Shown here piece by piece: positions 11,056 through 22,063 of a stretch of 64,000 nucleotides of DNA. This DNA is from Roseibacillus sp. (GTDB lineage: Bacteria > Verrucomicrobiota > Verrucomicrobiia > Verrucomicrobiales > Akkermansiaceae), in the NCBI GenBank assembly GCA_965242925.1, contig CBDEUM010000030.1:64001-128000 (forward strand), in the 5' to 3' direction. The notes beneath the pieces are model-generated. The model worked only from the letters and a program-made list of their open reading frames with translations. It ran no database searches and had not been told where the DNA came from. The position numbers and the translations under genes were made by a program. Numbering within the stretch: position 1 is the first letter of the stretch; every line of letters begins with the position of its first letter.

Positions 11056-13035
11056 ATGCTCTCCAAGTGGTTCACCCTCAGTCTGGTGATTCTCGCCTCC
11101 ATGGTGGGGGGGCTCGCATGCATCCAGCTCTTCCATAATGACCTGGGCAAGATCTTCGGGACGCCGCCCCGCCAGGCAGGTGACGTCCTCTACGAAAATT
11201 TCGATCCCGGTGCTGTCCACACGGTGGTGATCAGCAAAAGCTCCGGAGAGCGGGCCGAATTCGTGAGGCGGAAAGGTATATGGCGCATGGTGGATCCCAA
11301 GCAAGACCGGGCGGATTACGCCATTCTTCAAACGATCATCTACTTTTCCCGCCATCTGCAGGTGGAAGATGTGATGAGACGTAAGGACATCACCCTTGAA
11401 GAGGCCGGCATGCGTGCCTCCGGCACATACGGGGGACGCTATAACATCACTCTCAAGGACCGCACTCAGAATACGCTGGCCAACTATCGACTGGGACGCC
11501 CCACTGCCTGGCATCGGCTCAATGATAAGGATGGCACCCTGGTTGAGACCTTCTTCGTTCGCCCGGGTGAGGACTCAATGGATGATTACATCTACATCTG
11601 CTCGGCCCCGGAAAAGCTGAAGACCAGTGTCCGGCAGACCCTTGATCGCGGCCTCAGCCGCCTGCGCGACCACCACCCCCTGCTCTTTGATCAACAGGGC
11701 ATCGCGGACATCACCATCAGAACCAAGGGACGCGAAATCGTCCTCAGTCGGCCCGATGCAGATTCTCCAGCCTGGAAGATGACCAAACCCCTCGAATCCC
11801 GAACGAAGCCCGAGATGATCAACGGACTCATCGTGGGCCTTGCGCAACTGGAGGCCATTCGCATTCACGACCTCAAATCGGTCACTATTCCTCCCCGCCC
11901 TCCCGGTGAATTTCTGGTTGAAGTCGAGCTCCGTCATTTCGGATCCGACGGCAGCCGGGGACAGACCTCCAACACGCTCACAATCGAACCACCCTCTCCT
12001 CCCGACGCCGATACCGTGCTGGCCTCCATCGAAGCACGCCCCGACCTCGTTTTTGAGATCCCCCTTAAACCGGTCACCGGCAGCATGACTCTCAGCCAAC
12101 TCCCGCTTGAGGTTGACCAACTGCGGGAGCGCACGCTTACCAGCCTCGACATCGCCACCCTCAAATCGATGACCATCCACCAGTTCAACGATCCGGGATT
12201 GATTCATGTATTCCTGGGCATGGGACGCACCGGACAGGCCCGGTGGATGTTGAACCAGGGGGGCGATACCGCTCCTGCCAACGAGGCTGTAATGGCCCGC
12301 GTCCTGCAGGCGATTTCACTCAACGAAGTGATCGGGTTCGCTTCCAACGCTGCCAGCAACCTCTCCCGCTACGGACTCTCCCCGCCCGCCAAACGCATCA
12401 TTCTCGATCTCAGGGAGGGTGACCCCATCGACCTTTTCTTCGGTCGGGGCGTCAACGGCCGATTCTACGCCATGCGCCACGGATCATCCGCCGTGGCCGA
12501 GATCGATGCCGCTACTTACACCTCCATCGCCACCAGGCCTTACCAGTGGCGGGACTCCCTGCTCATGCCCTTCTCCATCGTCGACCTCAGCATCATGAAG
12601 CTCGAGAAGTTTCCCTTCCGGGTCCCCCTGGCTGACCCGGCCCTCACCTTAAAATACAAGTTCCTCTCCGAAGATTGGGAGGCCCGACAGTTCGATGAGG
12701 ACGTCAGTGCCAGCCTCAACAAGCACCGTGCCAACCAGTTCATCAGATTCATGGAGGCCCTTCGGGTAGAACGCTGGTTGGATGAAAGCACCCCTGCCGC
12801 CACCCGTGCTCTTCGCGAACCCACCTTCCGCTTCACTGCGGTCTTCCGGGAACTCGACGGGCAAGGTGATCTCAAGGGCTTTCGCGAAGCATCCTTCGAT
12901 CTCGCCCCGGCCAGTCGCTCCCCCCGGAACAGGATCTTCTATGGAAAACTCAAGGATGACCCCCACTACTTTGTCCTCAGCATGGACTCCTACCACCAGT
13001 TGATTACCCCCCTGATGGACACCGGGAAACCGTAG
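11056..13035 (+). CDS. DUF4340 domain protein
   Basis: N-terminal TM; repeated W-x-M/L...P and LRxx-L modules (LSRYGLSPP); usual position after GldG. Confidence 0.75.
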   Translation: MLSKWFTLSLVILASMVGGLACIQLFHNDLGKIFGTPPRQAGDVLYENFDPGAVHTVVISKSSGERAEFVRRKGIWRMVDPKQDRADYAILQTIIYFSRHLQVEDVMRRKDITLEEAGMRASGTYGGRYNITLKDRTQNTLANYRLGRPTAWHRLNDKDGTLVETFFVRPGEDSMDDYIYICSAPEKLKTSVRQTLDRGLSRLRDHHPLLFDQQGIADITIRTKGREIVLSRPDADSPAWKMTKPLESRTKPEMINGLIVGLAQLEAIRIHDLKSVTIPPRPPGEFLVEVELRHFGSDGSRGQTSNTLTIEPPSPPDADTVLASIEARPDLVFEIPLKPVTGSMTLSQLPLEVDQLRERTLTSLDIATLKSMTIHQFNDPGLIHVFLGMGRTGQARWMLNQGGDTAPANEAVMARVLQAISLNEVIGFASNAASNLSRYGLSPPAKRIILDLREGDPIDLFFGRGVNGRFYAMRHGSSAVAEIDAATYTSIATRPYQWRDSLLMPFSIVDLSIMKLEKFPFRVPLADPALTLKYKFLSEDWEARQFDEDVSASLNKHRANQFIRFMEALRVERWLDESTPAATRALREPTFRFTAVFRELDGQGDLKGFREASFDLAPASRSPRNRIFYGKLKDDPHYFVLSMDSYHQLITPLMDTGKP

Positions 13036-13122
13036 CAGCAGGCGAAGGAACAATCGAAAGCATGAGACACCGATTCCGCTTTCCACCCTGCATTCCCTGC
13101 GAAAGAATCTCCACCCAAACCA

Positions 13123-13605
13123 ATGAGCACTCATTTTGATCGTCCTGAGCTCCCCGCCCTGGGAATCGTGTCCACCATGGAAGAAGAGGACCGACGACTC
13201 CTCAGCAACTATGGGGAGTTTCTCCCGGTGCAGGAGGGAGACACCCTCATCGAGGAAGGAGCCGACCAGAACAGCCTCCTCTTTCTCATTTCGGGTCTTC
13301 TTCACGTAGTGACCGCCAAGGACGACAAACTCACACTCCTTGCCCGCGTGGAACCCGGCGAATCAATCGGAGAAGTCAATCTCTTCGATCCCTCCAAGGC
13401 CAGTGCCTCCGTGGTGTCCAAGAGCTTCAGTCAAGTCTGGAAGGCCGACCGCAACGATCTTGATGGCTTTCTCAAAGCCTATCCCGAAGCAGCCGGTCGC
13501 CTCATGATCGGCCTTCTCTCGGAGATGTGCAGACGTCTCCGCAATATGAACCAGAAGCTCTCAAATACCGAACTTCAGAATGCCCTCCGGGAGTTCTTCC
13601 AATAA
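13123..13605 (+). CDS. Cyclic nucleotide-binding domain protein (no HTH)
   Basis: LIEEGA...LLFLISG...PGESIGEVNLFDPSKASASVV cNMP fold. Confidence 0.85.
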   Translation: MSTHFDRPELPALGIVSTMEEEDRRLLSNYGEFLPVQEGDTLIEEGADQNSLLFLISGLLHVVTAKDDKLTLLARVEPGESIGEVNLFDPSKASASVVSKSFSQVWKADRNDLDGFLKAYPEAAGRLMIGLLSEMCRRLRNMNQKLSNTELQNALREFFQ

Positions 13606-13999
13606 GAAACCACCCCCCGTGATACTGGACACCTCTCTGGTCGTCTCCAGGGCAGCTTTCTCCCGCAGGGGAAAAACAGGAAAGCGGATCTCTCCCGCTT
13701 CTTTCCAAGGCTGCTCCCTCGGGCTCTGTTGAAGCGCCGTGGTCGGCAACGCCCTCATCCATGCCCGTGGTGTTTGGTCGTCATCGGCCTGGGCGGTCGG
13801 ACTGGCCTGGAACCCGCTTCCGTCTCCCTGCCAGTTGAAGAAACTTTTGAAATGTTTCCCGCGTGAATGAGCCTCCTGAGAAGAGGCGTTTCATCCCCCC
13901 ATGATTCACGCATATGGAACTGCATCCTGGTTGCTCTTCTCCTCTCCCATCTTATTTCATTGTGGAATCAACCCAATTTGCCTACCATTTCGTACCTTC

Positions 14000-14278
14000 A
14001 TGGAACTTGACCTGCTGGACGTTCACTTCGATCTGAAGGACATCAAACCTCGCGAGATCGAAGAGGCGCTTGAAGACCCCTTTGCGGTCCGGTTCCTGCC
14101 CGACCAGGATCGCGGAGATGGCGAGACACGCTACTACGCCCTCGGTCGAACGATCGTTGATCGCTACCTCTTCCTCTGTTTCTGGTCGGACGGCAAGAAT
14201 GTCCGCGTTGTGACGGCCCGCAACCTCACCGAAGGCGAACGCAAGTACTACGACCGAAAATACGCCGAATACAAGTGA
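14000..14278 (+). CDS. BrnT-like type II toxin (atypical N-terminus)
   Basis: GETRYYALGRT...YLFLCF...VRVVTARNLTEGERKYY C-terminal half; overlaps the downstream antitoxin gene (GTGA). Confidence 0.75.
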   Translation: MELDLLDVHFDLKDIKPREIEEALEDPFAVRFLPDQDRGDGETRYYALGRTIVDRYLFLCFWSDGKNVRVVTARNLTEGERKYYDRKYAEYK

Positions 14279-14559
14279 GCATGAAATCGATTTCCAACTG
14301 GAGCGAGCTCCCCCCCTTCCCGACTGAGAGCGAGGAGGCCGAATTCTGGATGTATCATGAACTCTCTCCGGCACTCATGAAGGCCTCCGAGCACGTCCCC
14401 GCCAGTCGTGAGTCAACCACCATCACCCTGCGCTTCGACCCTCGCATGCTTTCCCGCATCAAACGCATCGCCCGGGAACGATTCCTCAATTACCAGTCCA
14501 TGATGAAACAGTGGCTGGCCGAGCGCCTGGAGGACGAACAGCGCGATAGCGAGCGCTGA
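14275..14559 (+). CDS. BrnA/CopG-like antitoxin (ribbon-helix-helix)
   Basis: LPPFPTESEEAEFWMYH and TITLRFDPRMLSRIKRIARERFLNYQSMMKQWLAERL. Confidence 0.8.
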   Translation: MSMKSISNWSELPPFPTESEEAEFWMYHELSPALMKASEHVPASRESTTITLRFDPRMLSRIKRIARERFLNYQSMMKQWLAERLEDEQRDSER

Positions 14560-15008
14560 TGCCCCGGCCCCGCCTGCCTGCCTGCCGCTCCAGAAGCCCC
14601 TTCTGGTCCACCCTATTCCTGCTCTGGGGGATCGTTCTCTGGCTGCTTTCCGACGGACCGATCCCCATGCGTGACGGACCAGATTTTCCCGGCTTCGATA
14701 AAATCCTGCACTTTGGCTACTTTTTTGGCGGAGCAGGACTGCTTTCCGCCGCCCTTTACCTGCACGGCTCTAATCGACCCGGCCTTTCCTGGCGACGCCT
14801 GGTGATCACAGTGGTGATCGTGCTCGCGACGGTCGGCGCCCTGGATGAATGGCACCAGTCGTGGATTCCGGAACGCTCCGGCAATGACTTCGGCGACTGG
14901 CTGGCTGATATCGCGGGGGCTCTCACCGGTGCGCTGGTCTTCAAATGCTTCCACCGCCTTTTGGGACAGCCAGCCCCGGATCGACTGTCTCCTGAAGACC
15001 TGTCCTGA
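14559..15008 (+). CDS. VanZ family membrane protein
   Basis: DKILHFGYF...GALDEWHQSWIPERSG...DWLADIAG. Confidence 0.85.
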   Translation: MPRPRLPACRSRSPFWSTLFLLWGIVLWLLSDGPIPMRDGPDFPGFDKILHFGYFFGGAGLLSAALYLHGSNRPGLSWRRLVITVVIVLATVGALDEWHQSWIPERSGNDFGDWLADIAGALTGALVFKCFHRLLGQPAPDRLSPEDLS

Positions 15009-15040
15009 GCGGTCTTTGGAGTTCCCCCTCCCGTGGATGA

Positions 15041-17314
<2,274 letters not shown>

Positions 17315-17431
17315 CAGCCCCGCGACACTCGAACCACATCCGCTGCAATCGGCGATCAGTTCTCCCTCCCTCCATAAAACCGGTTCCCACACTTTGCGAC
17401 CTGCCAACGAGCTGTTATTCTCAGGAATCCG

Positions 17432-20400
17432 ATGACGATTCTTCGCTGTGCCCTCGTCGCATCTACCCTGGCCCTTCACCTCCAGGCAGCCGACAGGGTC
17501 TTTGAGCCCTTTGAGGGGGACGGCTTCGGGACCTGGCAGGAGACCGGGAAGGCTTTTGGAAAGGCTCCTGCCACTGGCGGACACGGGACTCAGGCGGACA
17601 AGGTCCGCGACTACGCCGGTGAATCCTTCGCCAGTTCCTTCGCCGAGGGAGCTGCCGGGATGGGCTCGCTCACCTCTCCCCCCTTTTCCATCGAACACCC
17701 CCACATCAGCTTCCTCATAGGAGGCGGGAGCAAGAAGGGACTGACATCCATCCAGCTTCTCATCGATAACCAGATCATGCGGGAGGCCACCGGCCAGGGC
17801 GACAGCATCCTGCGACCCCGCACTTGGGATGTGAGCACCCTGAAGGGGCGGCAGGGAAGTTTGCGCCTGGTCGATGCCGCGGCCGGGGAGGGTGACTATA
17901 TCCTGATCGACCACATCCTCTTCGCTGAAAAGTCCGATCCAGCCTTTCCCGGCGCCACCCGGGACGGCCGCCCCTTCAATCCCGGACTGGTGAGCACCGA
18001 CACCCTCCCGGGCGTCACTATTCCAGAGGGCAGCAGGCTCGAGATCTTCGCCACTCACGGAGAACACGGCGTTTACTCGCCTACCGCCCTCTGTATCGAC
18101 GAGTCCGGGCGAGTCCTCGTAACCGAGACTCACCGCTTCCGTCACGGCATCGCCGACAACCGCAATCACCGCTACTGGCACACCGACGACATCGCTGCCC
18201 TCACCGTAGAAGACCGCCGCAGGATGCATCAGAAGTGGGACGGGGAATATCCGGTTGCCGCGATGACGGAAAAGTCGGAAAAAATCCGCCTCCTTGTCGA
18301 CACCGATGGAGACGGGAAGGCCGACCGGAACAGCGTCTACGCCGAAGGGTTCAACGGGATGCTCGACGGCACGGCAGGTGGCATCTACTCGCTGGAGGGT
18401 CAGGTCTACTTCGCCTGCATCCCTCACATCTGGACCCTCCGCGACACCGATGACGACGGCATTGCCGACACACGGAAGAAGCTCTTCTCCGGTTTCGGCC
18501 TCCGTGTCTCCCTGTCCGGTCACGATCTCAATGGATTCGCCCTGGGTCCGGACGGGCGGCTTTATGGATCGGTCGGCGACCGCGCCATGAATGTCACAAG
18601 CCGGGAAGGCCTGAATCTTGCCTATACCGACCAGGGCACGGTTTTCCGCTTTGATCCCGACGGAACCAACTTCGAGGTTGTGCACGCTGGCCTCCGCAAC
18701 CCCAAGGAGATTGCCTTCGATCAGTGGGGCAACCTCATCAGTGTCGACAACAACTCCGACCAAGGAGACAGGGCCCGGGTGGTCTACATCGTGGACGGGG
18801 CCGATAGCGGCTGGCGCACTGACCACCAGAACCTCCACACGTTCCACCGGGAAGTGGGGTATCCCCGCCGGCCCATCAACCAATGGATGCAGGAACGTCA
18901 ATGGGACAAGCATCATGAAGGGCAACCCTCCTTCCTCCTGCCACCTATCGACGTGCTGACCTCCGGTCCCTCCGGACTTACATATCAACCCGGGACCGGT
19001 TTCTCCACAAACTGCGAGAATGCCTTTCTGGTCTGCGACTACCGCGGGGGGCCGGCGGCCTCAGGCATCTGGGCCTTCGAACTGGAACCCCGGGGAGCAG
19101 GACTGGAGATGGTCAATGCCCGTAAGTTCAACTGGGGTGCCGCCGTCACCGATGTCGAATTCGGCTACGACGGCCGTCTCTATATCGCTGACTTCGTGAA
19201 AGGATGGCAATCCCACTCCGCCGGTCGCATCTACACGCTTTCCTCCGAAGAATCACTGACCTCGGCAAAGACGAAGGAAGTCACTGAACTTTTCGCCGAA
19301 AAGGACTTCAACCGTCTCCCGCCCCTTCAACTTTTCGAACTCATGGGGCACGAGGATTTCCGGGTTCGCCTTCGCGCACAACTGGCCCTCGCCGATCGCC
19401 CCGAGGCGGTGCCGTACTTCATCAATGCCACCAGACAGGAAGAAAGCCGCTCCCTGGCCCTGCACGGCATCTGGGGCCTCTGGATCAGGTCCCGCCGGTT
19501 CCAGTCGAATGCCTCCACCGACCAACTCCTGGAACTTCTCGGCCACCCCGACAACGAACTACGCGCTCAGGCCGCCCGCGCCCTGGGTGAAGCCCCCCTT
19601 GAGGATCATGGCCGTCTGATCAATTCCCTGCAGGATCCCTCTCCCCGTGTCCGGGCCTTTGCCGCAACCTCTCTCGCCCGACACCGCGCAACTGAAGCCT
19701 TCAACCCCACCCTGGTCCTCCTCGCTGAGAACGCCGATCATGATCCATATCTGCGTCACGCCGGAGTGATGTCTCTCCTCGGATCCGGAACCGAGGCACA
19801 AATCGCCGCGCTGGACGCCCATCCTAACAAGTCAATTCGTCTCGCTGCCGTGGTGGCTCTCCGTCGCCTCCGCTCTCCCAATCTGATCCGCTTCTTTTTC
19901 GATAAGGAAGATTCCCTCATCTCCGATGAGGCCATCCGCGCGGTACACGATGTCCCCATCGAAATCGCCCGTCCTGCGGTGGCCGCTCTTCTCGATGAAT
20001 ATGCTCCCGGCCAGGGGGGGCGCCCACTCAGTCGCATGATGCTTCGCCGACTCCTGCACAGTGCCTTTCGCGTCGGGGGGGCAGGGAATGCCACCCGCCT
20101 TCTCCGGGTGGCGACCAATGCTGCACTGGACAAGAACGAACGCCTTGAAGCGTTGCGCCTTGTCTCGGTCTGGACCAACCCTCCGGACGTCGACCAGTCA
20201 CTTGGTCGCTACGCACCGCTCAATCCCCGCAACCGGTCCGAAATCAAGGAAACCCTGGAACAGGAGATCGGCTCCCTCTTGAGCCTCAAGGGGGAGGTCC
20301 TTGCCGCCGCTATCGGCCTCGCAGGCCAGTATGGTCTTTCAGTGAAGGGACTCGATGAAGCCGGCTTGACCGGTCTTCTCGAGGACAGGGAACTGGGAAG

Positions 20401-22060
20401 CAGGGTTAGAATGGTGGTCCTGGATCTCCTCGTTGGCGTGAATTCCGCTTCCCTGCAAGGCCTGCTGGACGCGGCCACCAGGGATGATGACATAACCTAC
20501 GCAAACCACGCCCTGCAACTCCTTGCCAGCAGGTTTCCGCAATCAGCGATCCCGGCGGTCACCAAAGCCCTGGATTCAGATAATGTGATGCAGGCTCAAG
20601 CCGCCTGGCGGATTCTGGTGGACCTTCCCGGCGAGATCACCGCTGTCAGAATTGCTCGCGGGCTCGACGATCTCGAAACAGGAAAGCTCAACCCGAACCT
20701 GGCACTGGAAGTGGTGGAAGCTGCAGAAAAGCGCATGGGTGACCCGATTGTAGCGGTCGCCCTCAGGAACTACGCCAACTCCCTCCCGGAGGATGATCCT
20801 CTTGCTCGCTTCCAGATCTGCTTGCAGGGCGGAGACCCCGTGAACGGGGAAGCCGTCTTCCGTAGCCATCCAGCCGGGCAGTGCCTGCGCTGTCACCGCG
20901 TGGACAGCGGACTCTCGGAAGGCGATGAGGCAGGGCCCAATCTGTCGGGCATCGGCAAGCGGCAGGATGCCAGATACTTCCTCGAGTCCCTCATTCTGCC
21001 CAACGCGGTGGTGACACCAGGTTTCGGAGTGGTCTCCCTGACCTTCACGAACGGGGCAAGCAAATCGGGCATTCTCAGCAGCGAAAGTGCCGACACCATC
21101 GAACTCCTTGAGGGCATGGACCTCTGGCGGATCAAAAAGAGCGATATCCGGAAACGGAGCAAACCCTTCTCCGCCATGGCGCCTCCCATGGACGCCGTTC
21201 TCACCAGCCGCGAAATTCGCGACCTCGTCTCCTGGCTTGGCAGTCTTACCCGTAATAGTCCGCCTGCATCATCCAGTCGCCGCGCAACAGATCTCGACCC
21301 GGACTCCCTGCAAGTCGACACTTCGGGAAACAGGGCGGCCACACCGCATCCCGCCGCAGCCGAAACTCCGTCACCGAACGGGGCAGACAAGACATCCGGG
21401 TCGGCACCGAAACCCAGTCCCAAGGCCGATACAACGCCTGACCGGCAACCGGACGGGAAATCCCCGACGCCCATCGGGGACACCATTGATTCCCGGCAGA
21501 TGAAACTCGGAAAGGAGACTTACCTCACCTGCCTTGCCTGTCACGGAGACCGTGGTCAGGGCGTGCCGGGTCTGGGAGGACCACCCCTCGCTCCCTCTGA
21601 ATGGGTAGTGGGTCCGGCGGAAAACCTGATCCGGATCCAGATCCGTGGCCTCAGGGACAACATCACCGTCAATCATCAGCACTACACCCTTGGAGTTGAT
21701 ATCAATCCTGCGGGCATGATCCCCCTCCCCCAGACCAACGATCAGATCGCCGCCGTCCTCACCTACATCCGTAATAGCTGGGGAAACAGGGCCTCTGCCG
21801 TCACTCCCGGGATGGTCGAGGAGCATCGCGCCGAGATCGGGCAACCACCCCTCAAGGTAACTGACCTTATTTCCCCACCGCTCCTGCCAAAGACCGGGAC
21901 CAAAACTTCCGGATCGGCGGCACGGACCTCCGGTCCAGTAACAGGCAAAGACGGAATCCGGCGCATTCTCACCATCCTGGGAATCCTGATCTGGTGCACT
22001 CTCTGCACCATCCCGCTGATAAGGCGCTTCAAGAAAAGCAACAGGGCGGGAAGGGAATAG
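17432..22060 (+). CDS. PVC-type putative membrane-bound dehydrogenase / heme-binding protein (beta-propeller, HEAT repeats, two CxxCH)
   Basis: Signal peptide; HDLNGFALGPDGRLYGSVGD and GLRNPKEIAFD propeller motifs; HEAT-like repeats; CLRCH (20882-20896) and CLACH (21530-21544); C-terminal TM. Confidence 0.85.
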   Translation: MTILRCALVASTLALHLQAADRVFEPFEGDGFGTWQETGKAFGKAPATGGHGTQADKVRDYAGESFASSFAEGAAGMGSLTSPPFSIEHPHISFLIGGGSKKGLTSIQLLIDNQIMREATGQGDSILRPRTWDVSTLKGRQGSLRLVDAAAGEGDYILIDHILFAEKSDPAFPGATRDGRPFNPGLVSTDTLPGVTIPEGSRLEIFATHGEHGVYSPTALCIDESGRVLVTETHRFRHGIADNRNHRYWHTDDIAALTVEDRRRMHQKWDGEYPVAAMTEKSEKIRLLVDTDGDGKADRNSVYAEGFNGMLDGTAGGIYSLEGQVYFACIPHIWTLRDTDDDGIADTRKKLFSGFGLRVSLSGHDLNGFALGPDGRLYGSVGDRAMNVTSREGLNLAYTDQGTVFRFDPDGTNFEVVHAGLRNPKEIAFDQWGNLISVDNNSDQGDRARVVYIVDGADSGWRTDHQNLHTFHREVGYPRRPINQWMQERQWDKHHEGQPSFLLPPIDVLTSGPSGLTYQPGTGFSTNCENAFLVCDYRGGPAASGIWAFELEPRGAGLEMVNARKFNWGAAVTDVEFGYDGRLYIADFVKGWQSHSAGRIYTLSSEESLTSAKTKEVTELFAEKDFNRLPPLQLFELMGHEDFRVRLRAQLALADRPEAVPYFINATRQEESRSLALHGIWGLWIRSRRFQSNASTDQLLELLGHPDNELRAQAARALGEAPLEDHGRLINSLQDPSPRVRAFAATSLARHRATEAFNPTLVLLAENADHDPYLRHAGVMSLLGSGTEAQIAALDAHPNKSIRLAAVVALRRLRSPNLIRFFFDKEDSLISDEAIRAVHDVPIEIARPAVAALLDEYAPGQGGRPLSRMMLRRLLHSAFRVGGAGNATRLLRVATNAALDKNERLEALRLVSVWTNPPDVDQSLGRYAPLNPRNRSEIKETLEQEIGSLLSLKGEVLAAAIGLAGQYGLSVKGLDEAGLTGLLEDRELGSRVRMVVLDLLVGVNSASLQGLLDAATRDDDITYANHALQLLASRFPQSAIPAVTKALDSDNVMQAQAAWRILVDLPGEITAVRIARGLDDLETGKLNPNLALEVVEAAEKRMGDPIVAVALRNYANSLPEDDPLARFQICLQGGDPVNGEAVFRSHPAGQCLRCHRVDSGLSEGDEAGPNLSGIGKRQDARYFLESLILPNAVVTPGFGVVSLTFTNGASKSGILSSESADTIELLEGMDLWRIKKSDIRKRSKPFSAMAPPMDAVLTSREIRDLVSWLGSLTRNSPPASSSRRATDLDPDSLQVDTSGNRAATPHPAAAETPSPNGADKTSGSAPKPSPKADTTPDRQPDGKSPTPIGDTIDSRQMKLGKETYLTCLACHGDRGQGVPGLGGPPLAPSEWVVGPAENLIRIQIRGLRDNITVNHQHYTLGVDINPAGMIPLPQTNDQIAAVLTYIRNSWGNRASAVTPGMVEEHRAEIGQPPLKVTDLISPPLLPKTGTKTSGSAARTSGPVTGKDGIRRILTILGILIWCTLCTIPLIRRFKKSNRAGRE

Positions 22061-22063
22061 CGC

